Assembly (NCBI RefSeq): GCF_009914755.1
Contig: NC_060925.1
Reading direction: 5' to 3' (one strand)
Length of the DNA stretch: 64,000 nucleotides
DNA from: the human T2T-CHM13v2.0 reference genome, Homo sapiens
Positions 53,173 through 64,000 of this stretch are shown here, in pieces. The notes beneath the pieces were generated by a model that saw only the letters and a program-made list of their open reading frames with translations, made no database searches and had not been told where the DNA came from. Each line of letters opens with the position of its first letter. Within the stretch, counting starts at the first letter, position 1. The translations under genes and the position numbers were made by a program.

Positions 53173-56100
53173 ATAACTGCACAAACAATACTCCTTGACT
53201 CAGCAAAGTAAAACACAGAAATTCTGACATATATCCATGTGTCTTTCTTCTCTGTCCTTATGAAATCTTCTAGTCTTTTCCCACTTTTAATGTTATTCTT
53301 GGTTTTGAGATGGAGGAAGATGTTCAACAGGTTTCGAAGTTTGTACGGGGCTTCACAATGAGGAGTCTAGTTGGAGGAAATAGGATGTGAAGCAACAGAA
53401 AATAAGTTTTAGAGAAAGAATTTGGCCAGAACTTAACTAATCAAAGAACATTTTCTGTGTAGAGGAGCGGTGAAGCACAGAGAGCAAGGGAGCTTAAGGG
53501 GCAGATATAATAATAGTAGTGGAGGATATTTAATATCAGACTGAGTTTTTATTTCATACTGTAGGTAAGCAATTGGAACCACTATAGGCCCTTGTAAAGT
53601 GGCCTATGTTGGGGATGATGCCACTGTTAGAAAAAGACTTAAAAGAGTGTGTTACCATCTGTGCATAAAATGGTTTGGAAGAGGGATGTAATTGACTGTT
53701 GAAATAACTTTCATGAAACATGAGGGTTGTGGATAGAGAAAGGAAGAAGTAAATGTGAAAAGTAGGTTTTAATAATACAGAAAGTAGGTTTGCCCCTAAC
53801 ATTTGCAAGGTTGGGGAAAAAATAAAAATACAAGCCCACATACCATATGCCTAAATATGTATAAAACATAAGCTGAACTACACCACTGTTTGACTCATGT
53901 TTCCATCCTGAGTCCCATAGCTCACTCCCCATAGTGTGACAAAAGGGGCCATCATCTCTCCCCAGCTAGGTCTGCTGCTGCAAGCCTGAGCTAGAGGAAG
54001 GTAGAAGCTATGTCCTTGACCCAAGACTCTTAAGTAGTAACTGGATCTACATGAACTTGGGATGGAAACTTACCCAGGCAAGCACCTAGGAGGCCAAGCC
54101 AGGAAATTTATCCTCTTCCATGATTCACTTCTTCATTTCAGGATTTCCAGGTAGTTCTAAGCACCTCCCAAAATTACACCAAGAGTTCTTCTTCTGGTAG
54201 TAGCCAAGCATGTCTTATCATGCTGACTCTCCGGTTCACAACAACTACAAACTCTGAACTAAATATCAAAACAATTATTTGAAGGCCCTGGAGAATGACC
54301 ACAGAGAATAGGGTTCTGTACTTAGAGGCAGCAGCCAAGGTCAAAACTTTAAAAAAATAATAATAATAAAACACAAAGATAAAACAAAGTAAGAAGCTTT
54401 AAAAAAAAAAAGGAAATAGGATTTTGGATGGAAAGTATATTACAAAAATATATTGTTTTTCTTTGGAAAAGTGTTTTTAAAAAAAGAAAAAAGTAAGTGG
54501 CATTTTTGTGGGAAATTGTAAAGCTTCAATAGAGCTCTTTAACAGCATAGTACAATATTCTACACTCCCAGGAAGAGCAAGTCAGTTGAGAAATCCCATC
54601 CACATTCACTTTAGAACCATTATTATTGCCCACCTGGCTGATTATGGATGGAGGAATATAAGGATGCAGCACATAACCCTTCCTGGTTCAAAGCTAGGCC
54701 TCCAGCTCCACTAGGGGCTCTCAAATTCTCTTTGGTTCTCTCAGATCTTCCCACTTCTCCAGCCGTTGTTAATTTGGGAAGTCAACAGGTTACAATCTAT
54801 CAGACAGGGCTTCTTCTGTGTTCCAGGGTGACCCATTTAAAGGAAGCAATGAAGTGTTCTGGAAATGTATAGTGTTAATATCAAAGGAGACCCTGGCAAC
54901 TGCCTTCTTAACCTCTGCACTAAATAGAATTTAAAATATAAAGATCCTATAATGTATAACATACACTTAAATGAAAAATAGCCCAAAGAAAGTGAGAAAT
55001 ATACTATAATTTAAAAAGGAAAGGGTTTCATTTGGCAAATAGCTGTAACCATTTGATTAAATCTGTTAATACCATGCAGACATTTTGCTACTTTAGTAGC
55101 AATTTATGTTTGTGGACTAAGAAAGAAAAGAATAATCAGTTCTGTTTAGTAAACTAGAAATGACTTTGTTAGCTTTGTGAGAACATGACAATTGGTAGGA
55201 ATATAAAGGAGTAAAACATTATTTAGCTGGGAATCAGATCACGTGAATTCTTATCCCAGAACTGTAACATGGAAAATAATATCTACCTACTTCTCTTTCA
55301 CGAATGTAGAATATAATACAAATAAATGTAAACTCTTAAGTATTTTGTGCTTAGTATAATAGTTCCTGGCAGGGTTCCAGTTGCTAGAGATACAAAGATG
55401 AAAAGCCACAGTCCCTGTCCTCAAGTTGCTACCATCTGGATGAGCTGACAGCTACTTCAAGAGAAAAATTATGAAGCATCATGGTTTGTGCAATGATAAG
55501 GATGTGCATAAGGGTACTGTGGCAACAGCAGGGAGGAGGAAGAGCAGCAGCCCAGACCTCTGGGAGGACAGACGCTTTCTGGATGACGTTCTGATAGTCT
55601 CAATTTCGTCAAGGTTATTTCTAAACAATTATCTCCATATGTTATCTTAAACTAAATGAAATTCTCCTTATTAATCATTTTAAATGGTTGATTATCTAAT
55701 GGTTGAAAATATCTTATGCCTTATTTTAGTACCAGATCTGTATATATGCTTAGAAAGACATGCTTTATTTCTCCTTTCCCTAAGATAGGCATATCCAGAA
55801 AATTGATAGGCATAACCAGTGGAGGTGGTTTCAGACACACAGAAATACTGAGTAAAATGTGGACTTGCAAGACCACATGTTGTTTAATCAGACTGAATGA
55901 AAGGCTCAATTTTCAATGCTAAGTTAATCCTGTTTTCATTAAATATAAGTGTTATTTATGGAAAACAGGAGCCCTGCAGAAGCAAAAGAATATCTCTCAG
56001 GGTTACACATTTTATATTTGTTTAGCACTGATGAGTTTAAACCAAGAGGCTTCTTTGCAATTTGATTATTTGCTGCTTTCCTTGATATTGATTATTCTAT

Positions 56101-56257
56101 CAGATTTTTCTACCAACAAAAACATATGTAAAGATTCCAATGTTATTTTACTATCAAAATGAGATGCCAGAGGAAATTACACACCACAGGTAAGTTTTTA
56201 ATACAAACTAAAATCAGAAAAATCAAGTGTGGTTTGTTAATGAACTCTGGTTTACAT

Positions 56258-56490
56258 AGAGAGGCAACAGAGAGTGGCTTTAAGGCTGACAGACCTGGGT
56301 TCAAATCACAGCTCCTCCATTTGTTTACTTGATAGACTTTAGAAAAATCACATAATTTAAACATCTCAGAGTCTCAGTCCCCATCCATAAAATATACAAA
56401 TGCTACCCACATTTGCAAGTTATTTTCAAGTTTATTAATGTGTATAAAATGCAAGTACATATTAAACTAAGTAGTGGTTATTACCATGAG
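56258..56490 (+). mobile_element. MIR SINE
   Basis: gacagacctgggttcaaatcacagctcc...tttaaacatctcagagtctcagtccccatccataaaat. Confidence 0.75.
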
Positions 56491-56541
56491 GCTCACGAAA
56501 TGGTAGCTACAATGAATATTGTGACTTTGAAAGTAGCTTTG

Positions 56542-56664
56542 GGCCAGGTGCAGTGACTGTAATTCCAGTGCTTTGAGAGGCCAAAGTGAAAAGATTTCTT
56601 GAGGCCAGGAGTTTGAGACCACACTGGACAACATAGCAAGACCCCATCTCTTATAAAAAAGAAA
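56542..56664 (+). mobile_element. Alu left monomer (FLAM_C-like)
   Basis: ggccaggtgcagtg...cttgaggccaggagtttgagacc...caacatagcaagaccccatctct followed by an A tail. Confidence 0.85.
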
Positions 56665-59600
56665 GAAGTAAGTTTTGTTTTATTTTTAATTATTTTTTAT
56701 ATTAGTTTCACAACAATATATTGGCCCTGTCAAACTTAACCACTAGTATTTTGTCTTCCTCTACTAACTCTTTCCACTTTCTTATATTGATGGACCGAGT
56801 TTATATTAATTCTACTATATAATTCATATCCTATTGTACTGCCATTAATGTGCACTTATCTGTCTTAATTGTTTCCTTCCTCTTTAAAGACCTCAGCAGC
56901 TTAAATTTATCATTACCATATTCCTAGAGTTCTCTATTGGTAGAGATTCCCATGAAAATTAAAACTGGGAATTACAAAGGGGGAAGAGCAAGCTTAGTTT
57001 TCTAAGATTGGCTTCTTGAGCCCTGGGTAATGAAGTTATATTATACCCCATTTCCTCTGGGTTGCAGATGCTCATTTATCCTCACCGATGATGGATGGCC
57101 TACTTTGACATTTTGCATGGATGGCTCTTGAGAATGAAAATCATGCTTATAAAAGATTCATTGGCTCATCCTACAGTCCTAACATTGTCACCTTGACACA
57201 CAGTGACAGCATTGTAATATCCATTGACCCTGTTGGTCAGCACAAAAAAGGAGAATATGTTTCAGGATCATCTATGAGAGAAAAAGAGTTTGGGATTTCT
57301 TTTTCATAGAATGCAATAACTAATGAATTTTTAGTTCTATTTCTCTTCTGGCTTCAGGAAAGCTGGTTTTGAAAGACAGCAAAACCCTTGTGTCCTGGGA
57401 GGTTAAGAGGTCACCAACTTAAGAATCACATCCAGTTTAGAGGTGAATCTATGAGTTGTGAGGAAATTGGAACAGGGGTTCCGCAGGAAAAGGAAAAAAA
57501 TATGTGAGTGCATTAGAGTGGACAATTTACTAAAGAAGATAGGATAAAAACAAATTATGTATTAATAAATGACATCAAAAACCCATTTAAAATTAGTCAC
57601 TATAAGTCACTTTTTGTTTAGTAGTCGTATTTTATATACATTTTATATTGAGTATATCCTATTTTAAAAGCAAAGTAGACTTATGAAAATAAGCATTTTG
57701 GTGGGTTTAGGAATAACTTATAATCACTTTAACCACTTAAAAATAAAATGTGACTGACTTCAGTTTCCAGGGAAATTCTGACATAAAAATATGTTAGCCC
57801 CCTGAATTAAAGAAAAAGTATGACTGAAGCATTAATAGAATGATAATTACAGAGGCATTACCATAATCATAAGAGGAATGCCATGGTTCAGATTTAACTG
57901 CTTTGCACAAATAAAACAGTAAAGTATAAAAAATGTAAAATATAAAGGAGGGCTCTGTACATTGAAATATGTGTCTTTGCACTCAACTAATTAGTTGCTA
58001 CTGAATGTTTTTGCTTTGCTCAGTGGCATGTGGTACATAAATCATTGCAATATGTTAAATGCAAATGGTTGTTAATAGAGAAACCATCTGCTCCATGCTG
58101 GAGAGTTTGTTAAAAAGAATGTGGTGAACCTACTTTGGATAATGTTGAAAAACTCAAATGCCAAATTTCTAAAATGAGCTGCCTCTGTTAACCCCAACAT
58201 TACTAATACTCCCCTGGCCTTTTAAATTCTCCAAGTTCATCACTAAAACACTCGTAACACAGTCTGTGCTGTTTTAAACAACCCCATTGGCTACTTCTAA
58301 AGGCAGAATTATCCTATAGAGGTGTCATACCACAGAGACCTACAGTGTTCTAAAATTGTGTTCAGGGATTTAGAACGACCAATAAATAATCAAACGATCC
58401 TCTCCAGAATATCTTTGCTAACATGGATAAGACACACTCCTTATCCCTGTGCCTCCTAAAAGCTATTCCTTTGCAGCTATAGATCACTGGTAAGTTGCTG
58501 GCTGATGATGAAATATCATGGGTATCATCAGTGTTTGCAACCTCCACCTCCTGTAATCTACAATACTGTATTTCTTCAAAAGATCATCAGTGCAGAGGGG
58601 AGCCATGATTTCTCTCCCAACATACTTTATTAGATGTTGTCACATAGCTTCCTAATAATGTCTGCCAGACTCACTGGTGACAGTATAAAACATGGGAAAA
58701 TTAGTAATAGGAATCAGAGCCTTCATAATTTCCAATGTCACGCTCCACTTTTTGGCAAAGAAGGGAATGTTCCTTAATCCTGCCCTTTCTAATCAGCTCC
58801 TGGTCAAGGTTGTTGTCAATATATTTAAGAGCAAGCCGCCATGATGATCTACTATATTAACATCCATTGGAAGTGTGTTCACATGATGCAATACCCAAAA
58901 CAGAACCTTGGCCGTGAAAGAACAACCATAGAAATTAACTATGGATGAAGATCTTCAAGCCCACAATTTCTTTGAAGCCAAATGCAAGGTATGATTATTG
59001 GCCTACTGCTATCTTGGCTTTCTTGACCCTACTTTTTTTTTTTTCCTTTCATTTCCCCCTTCTACTTTTGGCTTTTACAGTACCTGATTTAAGATTGTGC
59101 TTTTGGGGATTCGCCTGCAGAAGAAAAGGCTGCAGGAGAGCTCATTAGCCCAGCAGACGCTCTATCCCTGAACGAATTATACAGTGAAAAGCTGCTTCTG
59201 AGGGCCACCAAAAAGAGCCAGGGCTTTGTGGAGATGGGCAGCCCTGCAGTGCAATACAGGCTTTTTATTTGTTAAAAAGGAATTTTGTACTAAAAACATT
59301 TCTCTTTGTTTGTTCTCGTGAAAAAAGGAGCCTCCTGAAGGCTGCGTGCATTTGATGACTCCATTTTAAAATGAACACTTGTCAGTTTCCAAAGGGGGCT
59401 GCTGCACTTGGAAGTTACACAAAACCATTCTGAGATGGAGAGAGACTGGCACAATAATCAGACAAGCGATACCTGAAAGGCAGAGTTCTGCCTGTGAATT
59501 TGAGAAGCTGGAATACTGAATTGGATTCCAACAATGATCCTGAGTCCTTACAAAGCCCATGTTTTAAACTTGGAGTCTAGAAAAAAAAAAATCTTACATT

Positions 59601-62412
59601 ATCTAATTACATTAGTTTATTGAGCTATGGTATCACTTTGGTTCCCAGAACGCCACTTTAATTTAATTTAGATTTTGTTACTTCTTCCCCTCCAAAAGGA
59701 AAACTTTACCATAGAGGCATATTTATTGTTTTTAATGCTTATGTTTGGAAACATTTACTAATTTATTTTCCCACTTAATTACAGGGAACAGGAGGATTGA
59801 TATTTACCAAAGTTTTTATGGAAAAAGAAATGAAAAGTTTCTTTGATCTAAAATTATGATCTGACTTTTTTTGTTTGTTGTTTTGTTTTGTTTTTATTTT
59901 AGGAGAGGACAGGGCTCCTAGGGAGACACGAAGAGCCAACAAAAGCCAGCTGCATTCATCAACCTTGAGTCTTTTGTGTAGGGAAGTGCATTTGGGTCAT
60001 TGCTGCCTTCTCAGCAGAATCCTATGGGGCCTCCCCAGTATACTTGCTGATATTTAGTGACACACACACCAGCAGGGAGGGGATTCAAACACATTCCATC
60101 TGTTGGTGTTTTAATTTTTTTCAAGTCTACTTGATGAAGTGTTTGTCAGCAAACTTGTCATTCTGTTGTATTTGTGAGGTTTGGGCCCTCTTCTTGGGCC
60201 CAAAGATATCTCTGAGATACAAAACAGAATTTCATAACCCTCCCTTAATACCTTTTTTATACTGTCAGTGTCCTCAATTCTAAAACATTTTTCTCACTTT
60301 TATTCTGAAACTCTTTTGGGTCATAAAGTTCAAGTTGTCTAGTTGGCTGACAACAGTGTTTATTTATCCTCAAAGATAAGGTTAATTTTTTAAACCTTGC
60401 CTTCTCCTTTACAGTGTAGCAATCTGCTTTAAAACAGCAGGAAAAAAAGTTGATTTGTGAATAAAACATCTAGTTTTCTTTAAAACAGATGAAAACTATG
60501 TAGTTTATTTTTACTATCAGGAAAAGCATAGCATTCAAACACTGATATCCCTGGAGTAGTTCCAAAATGTTGCTTGTAATATTTTTGTCTTTCTAAGAAG
60601 GATAAGACCCAATAATTCCAAGAGAGACTAGGGATCACGTCGTCTTGTAGGTCTGACCATGAAAATCTCTCCAAATGTTTTGAGTTTGTCTCATTTATTT
60701 ACCTGGGAATTTAAATGCAGAGTTCCAGAGCTATACGGAAAATCTGGGTAAAATCAGATAACTGATCTCTACCCTGCTTGATGACAGAATTAGTTATCAA
60801 AATAGAGAAGAGCTAACATTCGAAACATTATAAGCCGGAACTACTTACTGTTAGCTAATACTCAGAATAACTGACCCTTATTATTCTTTGTGTGAATCCA
60901 AAGAGCCCAAAGGGTTATTTTCAAAGTTCTGTGGATTATGCTGGAAGGCAATGTGCTCAGCAGGTCACTAGACAGGTGTGAGCCGCTGTGGCACAGAAGT
61001 TACAAACATAGCAGCAAGGGAGAGCGGATTACTTTGGCTTTCTCCTTTGAAATGGCATTTTTCTGGGATAGGAACTTCAGATGGCATTTCATATTATTCA
61101 TGACGGCAACCTTCAGTCCAGCACCATTGTTCTAAAAAACCCACCTGCAGGCTGATAACTGGCCCTCATCTCAAACAGTCTGAATGTCACCCACTGTATT
61201 TTACGTGCAGCCTTTGCAGTACCTTAGAAATTCTTTTACCTCAACTAATCCCCATAAGAAAAGTGTACTGCCTGCCCTAGATTTTCACTGTTTTCTCTTT
61301 TTCTTTAAAAACTTTCTGATTGGAAAGATTTTCATTCCTAGGTTATGTATGTGACATGGTGAGCAATACCCTCTTCTCATTTCCAGACTGAGGGTATATA
61401 TAGTCTTCTCAGAATTGAAAGTGTTCATTAGTTCACTTGGCATAGATTGTATAACTTGTGAATCTATTTTCTGAGAAGGGATTTCCTTCAGGCCCTAATG
61501 TATCAGAAAAGGTACAGTTACATCAACCAGCAACACACAAAAAAGGCACACCTGATAAGCCTCGATTTGAGTTGGGGTCTGGTGTCTCCCTGCCTATGTG
61601 GCTGATGTGTTGCAGTCTGATTTGCCCAGGCATTGCAATTTCTATAGATTTCAAAAAAGGAAAAATGTAGGAGACTAAGAAATACTGAACTACAGCCAAC
61701 AAGAAATGACTGAAGTTTTTCTCCATCAGTAATACAGCTCTGGAAGAAGATTGATCCCTGATCAATTTGGCACTATGAGGAAACTGCATTTCTTTGGCTC
61801 TGGGTATAGATTTACTACAGTCAGCTGGCCAGAGGCAAAGTGGTGTTTGAGTGAGCCATTCTGATACCCTTTAAGACTGCAGGCTGGAGAAAAAGACCAT
61901 TCATTTGATGGCAACCCAGATGCAGAGTGGGAACTTACCAGATAACTGGATTTCAGGTAGTGGCATGGACATGACCCATGCCCCTTTCTAGGATGGCAGC
62001 TTAACTACATAGGTTCTGATGGCTGTTCTGGATTTAAAATACTTTTCTCTCAAGGTGCACACACAAATCTGCTATATATTTAGATTTTTTTGGCAAGTTT
62101 TAAAAAACTCCTCAGAGATGTCAAAACAAGTGAAAAATTTATATCCAAGATAAAATGTTCAGTAGCTAGTTTAAAAAGGAACTTTGATCAAACTGAGGGG
62201 ACCAGAATAGCATTTGGAGGTTTATTGCAAGGCACCCCCTACTTAACACATTCTTTCAAGATTGCTTAAAGATGGCTAATCTTGCCCCTATAACAGCCAG
62301 GACTTTCTTATTTTGTATATGCATTTGTGAAGAATGTGAACATAGTAGGAATTCAAAAAACAGCAGCTGCACCTTAGTTCTTTCACCTCTGCCATGATCT
62401 CTTTTCTATCCT

Positions 62413-62437
62413 AAAAAAAAAAAAAAAAAAAAAAAAA
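62413..62437 (+). repeat. Poly(A) tract (~25 nt)
   Basis: Directly visible. Confidence 0.9.
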
Positions 62438-62629
62438 TGAAAAATCCTTTTTGTGGGGACATGTGCTGACCCAGGAAAACAGTGGTGGCAGAAGCAGCTA
62501 CAGCATGTTTTAGGGGTGGAAGGAAGAGGAAGAGGTAGGGAATAAAGAACAAGTCAAAGCAAGCAGGAGGAGCAGACTTCTAGAGTGAGACAAAAATGGT
62601 CACAGTAAGGCTTCCTATCACTTGATGGG

Positions 62630-63155
<526 letters not shown>

Positions 63156-63168
63156 GTCATGATTTATC

Positions 63169-63547
63169 TGTGTTAGTCCATTCTCACACTGCTATGAAGA
63201 AATACCCGAGACTGGGTAATTTATAAAGGAAAGAGATTTAATCGACTCACAGTTCTGCATTGCTGGGGAGGCCTCAGGACACTTACAATCATGGCAGAAA
63301 GCAAAGGAGAAGCAGGCACCTTCTTCACAGGGTGGCAGGACGGAGTGAGTGCCAGCAGGGGAAATGCCAGATACTTATAAAATCATCAGATCTCGTGAGA
63401 ACTCCCTCACTATCATGAAAACAGAATGGGGAAAATTAGCCCCATGATCCAATTACTTCCACTTGGTCCCACCCTTGACACGTGGTGATCATGAGGATTA
63501 CAATTTGAGGTGAGATTTGGGTGGGGACACAGAGCCAAACCATATCA
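63169..63547 (-). mobile_element. THE1-type (THE1D/MST-like) MaLR solo LTR
   Basis: tgtgttagtccattctcacactgctatgaagaaatacccgagactgggtaatttataaagg ... gagatttgggtggggacacagagccaaaccatatca. tatc on both flanks. Confidence 0.92.
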
Positions 63548-63613
63548 TATCTGTGGTTCTGACATCCTTGCCTTCTGACTGCCTATCTTCTCTGTCCCCA
63601 TATTGGTACCCAG

Positions 63614-63950
63614 TTTTTTTGTTTGCTTTTTTTGTTTGCTTTTATTATTATTATTATTATTATTATTTGAGATAGAGTCTCACTCTGTTGTCCAGGCTGG
63701 AGTGCAGTGGCATGGTCTTGGCTCACTGTGAACTCCACCTCCTGGGTTCAAGCAATTATTCTGCCTCAACCTCCTGAGTAGCTGGGACAACAGGTGTGCA
63801 CCACGACACCTGGCTGATTTTTGTATTTTTAGAAGAGACGGCGTTTTGCCATGTTGGCCAGGATGGTCTCGAACTCCTGACTTCAAGTGATATGCTCACC
63901 TCGGCCTCCCTAAATGCTAGGATTACAGGCTTGAGCCACTGTGCCTGTCC
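63614..63950 (-). mobile_element. Full-length Alu (AluSz-like) with (TTA)n/T-rich tail
   Basis: Dimeric Alu on the minus strand. tggtac on both flanks. Confidence 0.93.
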
Positions 63951-64000
63951 CTGGTACTCTTCTTAATCACTATGTTAATACCTCTATTTTACCAGCTTCC

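Noticed and set aside
62413-62437. Poly(A) tract as the tail of a retrocopy
   Set aside because: No recognisable upstream element, poly(A) signal or TSD. It may cause internal-priming artefacts in 3'-seq.

Overview
This is mammalian (primate, almost certainly human) genomic DNA: AT-rich, CpG-depleted and dense in interspersed repeats. The only convincing coding sequence is one 641-bp internal exon at 39809-40449 (+). It encodes most of the laminin N-terminal (LN/domain VI) domain of netrin-G1 (NTNG1), so the window is probably this exon plus parts of its two long flanking introns. The rest is Alu, L1, L2 and MIR elements, a MER50-type ERV1 LTR, a THE1-type MaLR LTR, DNA-transposon fossils (Tigger2a/MER28, MER44, MER33, MER5, MER103, Kanga1/MER104-like), microsatellites and unique intronic sequence. 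Repeat families were recognised by eye from remembered consensus sequences, so subfamily calls and the edges of old elements are approximate. I find no evidence of a new multi-gene system. Four structures stand out. (1) A patchwork templated insertion at 12400-12638 is built from pieces of two other sites 2-3 kb away, in both orientations, with junction microhomologies. (2) A MER50 LTR is capped by an inverted copy of its own 3' end, giving a fold-back that covers the LTR poly(A) signal. (3) A near-perfect 41-bp-arm hairpin lies at 5643-5751. (4) The exon has notable splice features: a potential single-exon circRNA with a junction-spanning 232-aa ORF, a poison upstream acceptor, and an in-frame stop in the donor followed by AATAAA.
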